Source of the DNA: a virus
IMG/VR virus record: IMGVR_UViG_3300036770_001786
Coordinates: 1-59,163 of that record
Length of the DNA: 59,163 bases
Reading direction: 5' to 3' (one strand)
The notes below the pieces were generated by a model. The model was not told where the DNA came from and did not search any database. It was given only the letters and a program-made list of their open reading frames with translations. Positions 1 to 8,148 of this stretch are shown here, in pieces (within the stretch, counting starts at the first letter, position 1; every line of letters starts with the position of its first letter). The translations under genes and the position numbers were made by a program.

Positions 1-126
1 TCAGTGTTGCGCCTACTCCTGACACGCCATTGTCGTAAGTCGCCGTTAATGGTGTTGGAGACTCAACGCGTACCGGAGCGTGAAAATGCACGCCAGAAAC
101 CACCAACGTATCGACATACTGCTTGG
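1..126. repeat. Terminal overlap copy 1, identical to 59038-59163
   Basis: Compared base by base (tcagtgttgcgcctactcc...cgacatactgcttgg): 126/126 identical at the two window ends. This implies circular closure or terminal redundancy. Confidence 0.97.
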
Positions 127-1885
127 TAGCCAGATCAAGCGCATTGCTCGGATCTTGCGTAACAGCGACAGAGGTTAGACCACCGAGCGTTAATGACGAG
201 CTGCCAAGCGATATGGTGGTGGTACCAATCGTGACCGAACTATTGTCTAGCGCCGCATTCGGAATAGAAGTGAAGTTGGCGCCGGTAAGCGACGGTGCAG
301 TACTGTAAGAAGGCGTCGTACCCCCTACCAAGACGCCAGAGGCGGTCGCAAGCATTGCCGTAACACCGGATGCCGTTTGATACGGAATCGATCCCGCAGC
401 ACCGCCTGCAAGATTCGTCGCTGTGGATGCGGTACCAGTCAGATTGGCAGTAATTGTGCCTGCTGAAAAGTTGCCGGATGCATCACGGGCAACGACTTTG
501 TCTGCTGTGTTTGTGCTCGTGGCGTCAACATTGAGGGTAATGGAGCTGTCACCGTTTGTAACGGTCAATCTATTCGCGGTACCTGTGAGCGTAGCTTTCC
601 CAAGGTTTCCGCTGATGCTGCTACCAATTAATAATTGACCATCGGTGTAATTATTAAACCCTGTGCCACCATAAACCGACGTTAAGATGCCGCCCATGGT
701 GATGGTTCCCGATGTCGTTATCGGTCCACCAGTAAATGTGAGTCCTGTAGTTGCTCCACTAACATCAACCGACGTTACTGTTCCAAGAGGGTTGGTGCTC
801 CATACGAAATCAGTGCCATCCCACTCTAAAAATGTGTTCGCAATTGTAGGGGGAACAATAAAGGTCGTACTATTTGCAGCAGCCTGAACAGGTATTGCGT
901 TGGCTACCCCACCTTCAATATTGTTAGACGATTGGGCAATTGGGACGACAACACCTAAAGGCAAAACCCCGGGATTTAGCTGACTCGGATTAATTGCAAT
1001 CGGAATTGTCTGAGCATTGGTCAATTGACCTTGCGCATTGACGGTAAATCTTCCTACCGCCCCTGCCGCACCATAGGTGTCTGCTGTCACCCCGGTATTG
1101 GCAATCGAAATCGTGCCACTTGAAGTAATTGGACCGCCCGTCAGCCCCGTACCTGTATTTATCAGCGTGATCGCACCAGCAGGTAGAGCATTCCAACCGT
1201 TACTATCATAAATCTCAAAAGCGTCAGTTTCCGTATTAAATCTTAACATCCCATCCACACCACCGGGACGCTGCGCTGTCGTACCTTTTGGAATCGTGAC
1301 CGCGCCCGTGCCCGGGAGCACCGGATTCGTGCTAATCGAAATCGTAGGGTTCCCGATACCAAGACCATTTACGACCGTGATCTGGTCAGTCGTGCCGAGG
1401 ATCTCGGAAGTGGTTACCGAGTTAGTGTTCACCAGACTGATGATCCCCGATCCAGATAACCCGGCGAGGGCCGAGAGAGCCCCCGTAAGGGCGATCGTGG
1501 GGTTCCCCGCTATACCATTACCGTCCGTTACCGACAGGCCGCTCCCGGAGGCTACGAGAGCCCTCGGAACGACTGTGCCACCAACCTTAGCCAACATCCC
1601 AGGTCCTGCGGATTCGAGACTACCCGAGACGCCATTCAGAGTGATCTGGAGCGAGCTTAGTGCACCCCCGTCGACTAGTCCCACCCCGGCGCTACCGGAG
1701 AGTGCACGGGAGGCCGGGAGAGTGGGTTCCTGGTTGAGCGTGATAAACGTCTGGAACTGATTCGGGGATGCAGCGATCGCCGCCGTCGTCGTCTGAACCG
1801 TTTGTCCATTCTGAACAATAGGAACCGACTCTGTGCCGGTGATCGGACCTGCGGCGGGCAGTTGGGTGATGGTTACATTGGCCAC
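1..1885 (-). CDS. Tail fibre A, N-terminal 628 codons of a 1,044-aa ORF that crosses the linearisation point and continues at 59037..57788
   Basis: Absent from the ORF track. I read every codon of the minus frame from 1885 to 1 and found no stop. The GTG at 1885 is preceded by GAGGTG and an in-frame TAG at 1897-1895. (1885+59037-57790)=3132=3x1044, so it is in frame with ORF 57788..59143. VANVTITQLPAAGPITGTESVPIVQNGQTVQ and TIPKGTTAQRPGGVDGMLRFNTETDAFEIYDSNGW are typical phage fibre motifs. Confidence 0.88.
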   Translation of the reverse strand, partial: MANVTITQLPAAGPITGTESVPIVQNGQTVQTTTAAIAASPNQFQTFITLNQEPTLPASRALSGSAGVGLVDGGALSSLQITLNGVSGSLESAGPGMLAKVGGTVVPRALVASGSGLSVTDGNGIAGNPTIALTGALSALAGLSGSGIISLVNTNSVTTSEILGTTDQITVVNGLGIGNPTISISTNPVLPGTGAVTIPKGTTAQRPGGVDGMLRFNTETDAFEIYDSNGWNALPAGAITLINTGTGLTGGPITSSGTISIANTGVTADTYGAAGAVGRFTVNAQGQLTNAQTIPIAINPSQLNPGVLPLGVVVPIAQSSNNIEGGVANAIPVQAAANSTTFIVPPTIANTFLEWDGTDFVWSTNPLGTVTSVDVSGATTGLTFTGGPITTSGTITMGGILTSVYGGTGFNNYTDGQLLIGSSISGNLGKATLTGTANRLTVTNGDSSITLNVDATSTNTADKVVARDASGNFSAGTITANLTGTASTATNLAGGAAGSIPYQTASGVTAMLATASGVLVGGTTPSYSTAPSLTGANFTSIPNAALDNSSVTIGTTTISLGSSSLTLGGLTSVAVTQDPSNALDLATKQYVDTLVVSGVHFHAPVRVESPTPLTATYDNGVSGVGATL

Positions 1886-1886
1886 T

Positions 1887-2222
1887 CTACACCTCTATAC
1901 CTGTAAGATTCCCGTTGTCGCTCGGGTTACTGTTGTTTTGTTGTGTGGACACCACATACCCACCATACCCGGTCGTGATAAGGTTATTATCTTGCAGCGC
2001 AATGGACAGATCGGGGCGCGGGAAACGCAACGCGATCCGCTCGGTCTTGCGGGCGGGGAGTCGGTAGGGGTCCTTCTGGTCGGCGCAGCCCTGGTCGCAA
2101 ACGCGCAGCCCTGGAAAATTAGGGTCACTGCGCATCACGGAATAAGCACGCTTCATTTTGCAACGGTCACAAACGGCAATCGCTACCGAAGAATTTCCAC
2201 GAGTGTCGAGGAATAACGGCAT
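1887..2222 (-). CDS. Small Cys4 zinc-ribbon protein (111 aa) in the adaptor/fibre block
   Basis: ATG 2222-2220 overlaps the TAA of the upstream gene (TAATG). Sequence is MPLFLDTRGNSS...CDRC-(20 aa)-CDQGC. Its TAG at 1889-1887 abuts the fibre GTG. Track ORF 1887..2468 is this gene plus an out-of-frame upstream extension. Confidence 0.75.
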   Translation of the reverse strand: MPLFLDTRGNSSVAIAVCDRCKMKRAYSVMRSDPNFPGLRVCDQGCADQKDPYRLPARKTERIALRFPRPDLSIALQDNNLITTGYGGYVVSTQQNNSNPSDNGNLTGIEV

Positions 2223-3295
2223 TATCGTGTGTACACCGAAATATTTGGTGCCCAGTATATTGGGGACTTGTCGCGCTCCTCCTGCTCGGCCTCGTAGAGG
2301 TATTTCTCGGCCTGCTTTTCCAGGTATCCGATACGGTCTACCGCGACTTGCGGAAGTTCGAGCGACATTTGGTGGGCGAGCATCGACTGGATCGCTAAAT
2401 ACCAGCGCTGCGGGATTTCCAGCTCGTCCGTAAGGTCGCCCACGTCTTGAATCTGGCGTGAATACCACACGGTCATCTGTACAAACGGATCCGACGGCAC
2501 CGGCCAGAGGTAGATCTCGGGCTGCGGGATCGTCCGGTTGAACCAGAACTGGTAGGGCTGGTTGGCCGTGAAATTCTTGTTCGGCAGGTTCGTGTAGTCA
2601 TCCCGGTTCAGGCGAGCCATCTGAATCTCGCGGCTGTTATTCCCAAAATACAGTTCGCGAAGAGATAGCGTCGTGCCGTTTGAGGCAACCAGCCGGTAGT
2701 AAGCCACGCTTTGGCCTGGGTCGATGTCGTGCCAGATCCACTGATTGTCCGTGACCGCGACTTCGCCAAAATTGTAGAGTGTGTTCCAGGAAGCACCATC
2801 GACCGAATACTGAAGAGATAGTGTCCAGAGTGCCGACCCGCCACCCACCACATAAGGCAAAATTCCGACCGAGCCTATGTACTGCGGGTCATTAAGCCCG
2901 TAGTTTACCCCAACATTGCCATCTGCGGATACCTGGGTAAAAATGGTATCAATGTCCCCGTCGAAGGCATTCTGAACGTTCCCGCCTGCCGAGGTGAAAT
3001 AACTGCCCACCGGTCGGTTCATGGTGCGGTACAACACGTTCAACGCGTCGTTCGAGCCTACTGGAAGCTTGTAGATGTACTGGTCGGGTTTCAGGCCGAT
3101 GACTGTCTTGTCAATCGCCCAATACTGAATGCCCTTGTTGATGAGGTTCGAGAGAAGGTAGAACAGGCTCTCCCGGGCCGAAAGCGTTTGCTCAGAGGTT
3201 AGTTCTTCAGCGAGTTTTCCGCACCGACGAGCACCATGGTCAATGAGCGTCTGCACATTGATTACGGTTGCTCCAACAGTTCCCGATGTAGCCAT
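2222..3295 (-). CDS. Head-to-tail adaptor (T7 gp11 / P22 gp4-type ends) with an inserted discoidin/galactose-binding-like domain
   Basis: The N-terminus (LIDHGARRCGKLAEELTSEQ...LLSNLINKGIQYW) and C-terminus (LWPVP...IPQRWYLAIQSMLAHQMSLELP...EKYLYEAEQEERD) resemble podovirus adaptor ends. The middle part NAFDGDIDTIFT...LSLQYSVDGASWNTL...AYYRLVAS...LRELYFG matches the F5/8 type C signature. Confidence 0.6.
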   Translation of the reverse strand: MATSGTVGATVINVQTLIDHGARRCGKLAEELTSEQTLSARESLFYLLSNLINKGIQYWAIDKTVIGLKPDQYIYKLPVGSNDALNVLYRTMNRPVGSYFTSAGGNVQNAFDGDIDTIFTQVSADGNVGVNYGLNDPQYIGSVGILPYVVGGGSALWTLSLQYSVDGASWNTLYNFGEVAVTDNQWIWHDIDPGQSVAYYRLVASNGTTLSLRELYFGNNSREIQMARLNRDDYTNLPNKNFTANQPYQFWFNRTIPQPEIYLWPVPSDPFVQMTVWYSRQIQDVGDLTDELEIPQRWYLAIQSMLAHQMSLELPQVAVDRIGYLEKQAEKYLYEAEQEERDKSPIYWAPNISVYTR

Positions 3296-3847
3296 CTAGC
3301 ATTTCCATCTTGCTAATGACGCCGCTTTTCTCGTCGGACGTCCCTTCTCATCTTTCATCGGACCGGGCATACCACTCATTCTGGCACAGAATGACCTCTT
3401 TCTCGGACCGCCCTCAGGCTGTGGGGCTTTTAAATTGCTCCCCGTCTCGCGATTATACTTTGCTCGACCCTTTGCCGTCAAGCCCGCACCCTTCGACACC
3501 GGGAGCTTCTCGCCCCGGCCAACGGCGAGGGATACCCCACCACCGGAAGCCTTCTTAACGGTCTTGGCCGACTCTTTAAAAGCCTGGGCAGTGGGTGCAC
3601 CAGCAGTACCGGGCTTGCGCATCTTTTCGCCCGATCCTGCGGCGATTCGCGCACGCTTGGCGTTAATATTGTCGTAAAGGCCACCCGAGGCCATCTTCGT
3701 GGGCAGCTTCGCGTAGGCTTTTTTACCGACGTTCGATTCGGTGTACTCTTTTGCTACACTCGGCTTAATCCCGACCTTCTTGGCGAACTTCGGGTTGTTC
3801 TCCGCAGCCTTCATCAAGCGAAATTGCGCTTGGCTTTTGGCTGGCAT
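3296..3847 (-). CDS. Basic virion-module protein (DUF3008-like N-terminus, Cys-containing basic C-terminus)
   Basis: MPAKSQAQFRLMKAAENNP start and C-terminal PRKRSFCARMSGM...LARWKC. Lys/Gly/Ala rich. SD GGGGAG. Family names are recalled, not searched. Confidence 0.7.
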   Translation of the reverse strand: MPAKSQAQFRLMKAAENNPKFAKKVGIKPSVAKEYTESNVGKKAYAKLPTKMASGGLYDNINAKRARIAAGSGEKMRKPGTAGAPTAQAFKESAKTVKKASGGGVSLAVGRGEKLPVSKGAGLTAKGRAKYNRETGSNLKAPQPEGGPRKRSFCARMSGMPGPMKDEKGRPTRKAASLARWKC

Positions 3848-3849
3848 GA

Positions 3850-4635
3850 TTACTCCCCGCTATTCTTGATGTAAATGCCCTCAAACGAGGCGGTCACATA
3901 GAAGTTAGAGCCCGACAAAGCGATTGCACGGGCCTCAATGTCCGTCTTCTCGGGGATCGCCAGTGGTATTTCCCAATCGTATCGAAACACGTTTGAATTA
4001 ACCGTAATATCTGCAGCAAGGCGAAATACACCGCCAAAAGGGCGAATTACAAACTCGCCAAGAACGTACTGCGCAGCATTGTTAGAGGCCGCTGAGAACG
4101 TCCCGCCGGTAATGTATAAGGTGTAACCAGCCGGCACCGTCCATACCGCCATAGTGGTCTGATTGTCGCCCAACGTGATGACCGCATAGATGGTTGCCGG
4201 AACCCCTGCGGTGACCATGCCAGTTCCCACATAGATGGTGCCTGCGGCTGTGCCGCCAGATCCTGCAGTAACCACAAAGGCACGACTCACGCGAATAAAT
4301 TGCGTCGTCGTTAGAACCTCTGTCTGCCCATCAAGCTCTACGGTTTCGCTAACCTCGTTGTAATTGGCGTCAAGGCCGGAAACAGTAACCGTACGGGCGC
4401 CTGTGCCTGCGGCATCGTCATCATTGCTGCTGCTGGATACCTTCATGACCGTTGCAGCGGCAGGGTATGCGTACAAGCCGCCCTGACTCCAGATGGTCTC
4501 AAGGGATCCATCGATGTCGTCGTTGTTGCCGAATTTAAATAAAGTCTTGTGACCCTGAATCTGCCCCCGGGCCACTTGAAGCTCAAAAGGTTCGAACGCT
4601 CCCTGCCGCGTGATCGAGGAAATCGTAGTCGACAT
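3850..4635 (-). CDS. Conserved phage structural protein, function unknown
   Basis: 261 aa with SD GGAG. FGNNDDIDGSLETIWSQGG...SSSSNDDDAAGTGARTVTVSGLDANYNEVSETVELDG resembles a virion protein family I recall from marine phages. Confidence 0.7.
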   Translation of the reverse strand: MSTTISSITRQGAFEPFELQVARGQIQGHKTLFKFGNNDDIDGSLETIWSQGGLYAYPAAATVMKVSSSSNDDDAAGTGARTVTVSGLDANYNEVSETVELDGQTEVLTTTQFIRVSRAFVVTAGSGGTAAGTIYVGTGMVTAGVPATIYAVITLGDNQTTMAVWTVPAGYTLYITGGTFSAASNNAAQYVLGEFVIRPFGGVFRLAADITVNSNVFRYDWEIPLAIPEKTDIEARAIALSGSNFYVTASFEGIYIKNSGE

Positions 4636-4652
4636 AAAATTCTCCGTTGAAT

Positions 4653-4668
4653 GGGGGCCTCGGCCCCC
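4653..4668 (-). terminator. GC hairpin GGGGGC-CGAG-GCCCCC downstream of gene 4675..5466
   Basis: Perfect palindrome gggggcctcggccccc, 6 nt after the TAA. No clear U tract follows (AUUCAACGG). Confidence 0.35.
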
Positions 4669-4674
4669 ACCCAG

Positions 4675-5466
4675 TTAGCACTTCTTGGACTTCGCTACAC
4701 GCCCACCGGTCTTAAACGTTCCTGACAAACGATTGATCGACACGGGAGTTGAAGGTGGCTTATTACCTTGCGGCATAGCGACGGGATGTCCAGAATCAAC
4801 ACGACCCCCCGTCGCGAAATGCTTTTTTGCACGGCCACCCCGCTTGTACCCACCTGCATTGCCAAGCTTCACATCACCGGTAGGCGCCGAATTGTGGTCG
4901 GGCTTCGCGGTGGTGTGCTTGGTGGTTTTCTTCGCCATGGTCTTAATAATGCCACCATTCTTGAAACCACCCTGGGCATTAACCACGCCACCAGTTGCAT
5001 ACTCACCGGGTTTAGTGGACTTTACAATCCCGCCGGTATTCAAACCCTTATGAGCTTTACTGGCAGGCATATCAGCATGCTTCTTGAGCTTCGCCGACAT
5101 GTCCATCTTCCCGCCCTTCTTCATGGCAGGCGCAGGCATTGCAGGTGCGGGCATTGAAGGCATCATCGGAGGTGCCTTCGGACGACCAATCGAGGGGGTG
5201 CCACGCGGCATCGCGGCAGGGCGCTTCATCATACGACGAGTGGCCATTGCCTTTGCTGCTGCGGGGTTACCCATCGGAGTCGTGGGAGCCGGGGTACCCG
5301 CTAAAGCGCCCATTGCCCCACCGTCCATCTTTTTTACCGGTTTAAATCCATCCTTAGCGCCCTCTTTCTTCATCCGCTCAAAGGTGGCTGAACCACCTTT
5401 TTTGAGCTTCAGAATGACGGAAGGCTCCGTGGTCTCCATCTTGACCATTGGCTTGAACTGACCCAT
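4675..5466 (-). CDS. Highly basic low-complexity protein with about 9 x-GG-hydrophobic repeats
   Basis: 263 aa with SD AAGGAG. Contains KKGGS, MDGGA, KKGGK, NTGGIV, ATGGVV, KNGGII, KRGGRA, ATGGRV and KTGGRV, plus a PAMPAPAM tract. Lys/Gly/Pro/Ala/Met rich. Confidence 0.8.
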   Translation of the reverse strand: MGQFKPMVKMETTEPSVILKLKKGGSATFERMKKEGAKDGFKPVKKMDGGAMGALAGTPAPTTPMGNPAAAKAMATRRMMKRPAAMPRGTPSIGRPKAPPMMPSMPAPAMPAPAMKKGGKMDMSAKLKKHADMPASKAHKGLNTGGIVKSTKPGEYATGGVVNAQGGFKNGGIIKTMAKKTTKHTTAKPDHNSAPTGDVKLGNAGGYKRGGRAKKHFATGGRVDSGHPVAMPQGNKPPSTPVSINRLSGTFKTGGRVAKSKKC

Positions 5467-5486
5467 TTCTGGCTCCTTTAGTTAGC

Positions 5487-5512
5487 CACTCGGAGGTATC
5501 AGCCCCCGAGTG
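5487..5512 (-). terminator. Hairpin (7-bp stem cactcgg/ccgagtg, 12-nt loop) after the beta-helix gene
   Basis: Seen in the 5467-5516 spacer. No U tract follows, so it may be an attenuator or mRNA-stability element rather than a terminator. Confidence 0.25.
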
Positions 5513-5516
5513 AACA

Positions 5517-6548
5517 TTAGCTCGGATTCACGCCAATACCGCCCGCCGAAGCACTCGGCGCAGCCATATCGACATAAATCTGACCAAGGGAAGCAGCATC
5601 GGATCCGAACTCGCCCACGCCGATCATCGCCGAATTCTGGATTACCACCTGACCACCTGCCGATGAGGCAAGAGTCGCCAAAGCGGTCATAGAAGTCGAT
5701 GTGGAACCCACATTGTTGATGAACGAGCAGCCCTTGAACAGAGCGTAACGATCCATTCCGGACGCCGCGCCAACCGTAAGACCGAGCGGAGTGCCTGCGC
5801 TGCACTGGAAGGGGAACACACAGTCAACGAACGTATTCCGTGCAGTGCCCCCAGCCAGCTCAACCGTAGCATTTGCTGCGCCACGAGCCACCGTATCACC
5901 ACCCAACGTGCAGTTGACGAACGAGTGCTCACCACCACCGTTAAGCTTCAGGGTACGGGCATTAGCGCCGCCTGCGGAGGCAGCATCAGCCATACCATAA
6001 ATGTTAACGTTAGAGTAGGCATTACGCGAGCCACTATCAGTCCAGGCGATCATGCTTGCAGAACCAGTCGAGAAACCACAGAACACCGAGATGTTCGCAA
6101 AGTAGCAGCCCGAGGCGGTCACGTTAATGAAAGCGTCAGAGTTGAAGGTGGCGGCAGTGTAGGTGCCGGTCGGAGGAGCAATACGAGCACGCTGAGCGAC
6201 GCCCGTCGGAGCGCAAACGCCAATCAAGTGAGTAGCGTCTTTGTTCCAATTGAGCGTCCCGGCGGTAGCCGTAGAATCAATGGTCTGGGCCAGAGCCGTG
6301 GAGAGGCGAGCGGAACCAGAAGCGGCGCCGTTTCCTACCAGGATGACCACGTCATTGTTGCCTGCCGTGCATTTAGCGAGAGCGCCATAGAGGGTCTTGA
6401 GAGGCAGCTCAACGCTGCCTTCATTACCATCGGCCCCATTTACCGGGTCTACAAAATAGTAGTTCCCAGTAAATGGTAAGCCTCCGATAGTTCCAAGAAC
6501 CGGCACCCCGAAGCTAGTGATCCCATTGGGGAAATTAGTCAGGGACAT
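5517..6548 (-). CDS. Right-handed parallel beta-helix (pectate-lyase-fold-like) protein next to the capsid gene
   Basis: YYFVDPVNGADGNEGS..PLKTLYGALAKCTAGNNDVVILV is followed by repetitive Gly/Asn/Ala/Thr-rich rungs (NVNIYG, FVNCTLGG, FVDCVF, FINNVG). Confidence 0.65.
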   Translation of the reverse strand: MSLTNFPNGITSFGVPVLGTIGGLPFTGNYYFVDPVNGADGNEGSVELPLKTLYGALAKCTAGNNDVVILVGNGAASGSARLSTALAQTIDSTATAGTLNWNKDATHLIGVCAPTGVAQRARIAPPTGTYTAATFNSDAFINVTASGCYFANISVFCGFSTGSASMIAWTDSGSRNAYSNVNIYGMADAASAGGANARTLKLNGGGEHSFVNCTLGGDTVARGAANATVELAGGTARNTFVDCVFPFQCSAGTPLGLTVGAASGMDRYALFKGCSFINNVGSTSTSMTALATLASSAGGQVVIQNSAMIGVGEFGSDAASLGQIYVDMAAPSASAGGIGVNPS

Positions 6549-6559
6549 GGTGTTCTCCT

Positions 6560-7474
6560 TTAAACGCCGGGCGTGCCGTACATCGCACGGGGATCAGTGA
6601 AGCCAAGGTCATAACGCTCCGTGGCCTTGTAACGCATGGAGTCGGTCTCGAAATCCCCTTCCATGGTCTTCTCCAGCGTGCGGCGCATCAGAAGCTTCAT
6701 GCCTTCCGGTGCATCGGTCTGGACCCACCAAGCGTTCGCGGAGGTGAGACGCGAAAGAACAGCGGCACCCTCGTCGAGCAGCCCAATGGACTTGATCGGG
6801 TTGATGTCGTTGTTCGCGTTACCAGCGCGGAGCACGGACTTCAGCAGAACCTCGGCCTGAAAGACGTTGCCCGGGGCGACCACCAATTGGCGGGGCACCA
6901 GACGGATCTTCTTGCCGTTGTTGTCCACGGCTTGGCGGATCTGAATAAGCATCTGCTCAAGCGAGGTCTGCGAGAGGTTCGCAGGAGTGGTCAACAGGTT
7001 GCTGAACGTGCCATTCACGATTGGGTGTGAAGCGGAGTTCAGCTGAACACCGTCACCGCCGGGGTAGGCACTGTTAAAGGCACGATTAAGCACGTTCGCA
7101 GCCAGGGTCTCCTTCGTCTCAATGAGCGATTGAGCGAGGTGGCGAGCGTAGACTTGACCGATACGGATGTGATCGCCGTCTTCCACGAGCACTTTGGTCA
7201 GCGCGAAGGCAAGGCCATACACGTTGTACACATAGCGCTTCAGGAAGAGTACGCCACCCTGCTGATACGATACCGGGGTACCGTCAGGCAGTTGGGGCGC
7301 GGCGCCAAACCCGTACAGGACTGGCTCTTCGTGATAGTTACGGGGAATCCCTTGCTCCTCACGGAACACACGGGACCATTCATCTTTACGTTGGTCGTAA
7401 ACGCCATCGAAGCACTCGTTGAGGATAGGCTCAACAATGCTCCGAAAGTCGGTACTGCGCATCGGGGCTGCCAT
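6560..7474 (-). CDS. Major capsid protein (HK97 fold, inferred)
   Basis: 304 aa with a strong SD AAGGAG. It lies directly after the scaffold and decoration-like genes, and its composition and length are typical of phage major capsid proteins. Confidence 0.78.
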   Translation of the reverse strand: MAAPMRSTDFRSIVEPILNECFDGVYDQRKDEWSRVFREEQGIPRNYHEEPVLYGFGAAPQLPDGTPVSYQQGGVLFLKRYVYNVYGLAFALTKVLVEDGDHIRIGQVYARHLAQSLIETKETLAANVLNRAFNSAYPGGDGVQLNSASHPIVNGTFSNLLTTPANLSQTSLEQMLIQIRQAVDNNGKKIRLVPRQLVVAPGNVFQAEVLLKSVLRAGNANNDINPIKSIGLLDEGAAVLSRLTSANAWWVQTDAPEGMKLLMRRTLEKTMEGDFETDSMRYKATERYDLGFTDPRAMYGTPGV

Positions 7475-7487
7475 GTTTTAGCCCTCC

Positions 7488-8111
7488 TTAAATGGCTACG
7501 GGGTAAGAATCGGTGCCACTAACATCAATGGCGCCGTACTGATGCTCGGCAATGACGGCACGAACGATGACATAGCTGTCACCCCAAGCATTGTCGGGGT
7601 AAGGAGCGATGTCAATGACGCGCATTTGAGCCGAGTTGCCAGCGCCAGCAGGTGTGATGCTGAGGGTGGCTTGCGACAGTCCCGTGGTCGTGGAACCAGC
7701 GGTCGTGTTGCTCAGATCAAATTCGTCACCGATGGCGGCTTGCGTCAGAGAGCCAGCTGCCTGGATCTCGTACACAATTAGGGGATCGCTGTAGAAATAA
7801 GCGACCACCGAGCCGACTTGGAACGACTCATTGGCGGGCCAATAGTTGGAAACACGGCGACGTCCGGTCGAATCGGTCCACTCAACACCGGCGAAGGCGC
7901 CCAGGAAGGCGTCACCGGCTGCTGCGACTTCGATATAACCGGCAGTGTTCATCTTGACGGGTTGCCCCTTCAGGATGGTGGTGGCATAACCTGCCGACAC
8001 GTTACCGCTCGTAGAAACTGCTTGAATCCCGTTGGCAAGTGCTTGAGCACGATCCAGCCCCGTGGGGTGGAAGGCGGGCCGCAAGCCAAAGGGAGCACTG
8101 GTAGCAGACAT
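7488..8111 (-). CDS. Putative head decoration/cement protein
   Basis: 207 aa, beta-rich, immediately upstream of the MCP. As I recall, this is the position of the cement protein in BPP-1-like podoviruses. Positional inference only. Confidence 0.45.
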   Translation of the reverse strand: MSATSAPFGLRPAFHPTGLDRAQALANGIQAVSTSGNVSAGYATTILKGQPVKMNTAGYIEVAAAGDAFLGAFAGVEWTDSTGRRRVSNYWPANESFQVGSVVAYFYSDPLIVYEIQAAGSLTQAAIGDEFDLSNTTAGSTTTGLSQATLSITPAGAGNSAQMRVIDIAPYPDNAWGDSYVIVRAVIAEHQYGAIDVSGTDSYPVAI

Positions 8112-8148
8112 TGCTGTACTCCTTTAGAAGGTTTGAATACCCATAGCG

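Noticed and set aside
1-126. Interpreting the 126-bp repeat as a biologically meaningful direct terminal repeat or as a duplicated fibre domain.
   Set aside because: It is perfectly identical, sits exactly at both contig ends and falls mid-gene. An assembly overlap of a circular or permuted genome is the simpler explanation, and this remains testable with reads.
7488-8111. Calling this 207-aa protein a second major capsid protein.
   Set aside because: It is too small and beta-rich, and the adjacent 304-aa gene is the better MCP candidate. I kept it only as a tentative decoration/cement protein.
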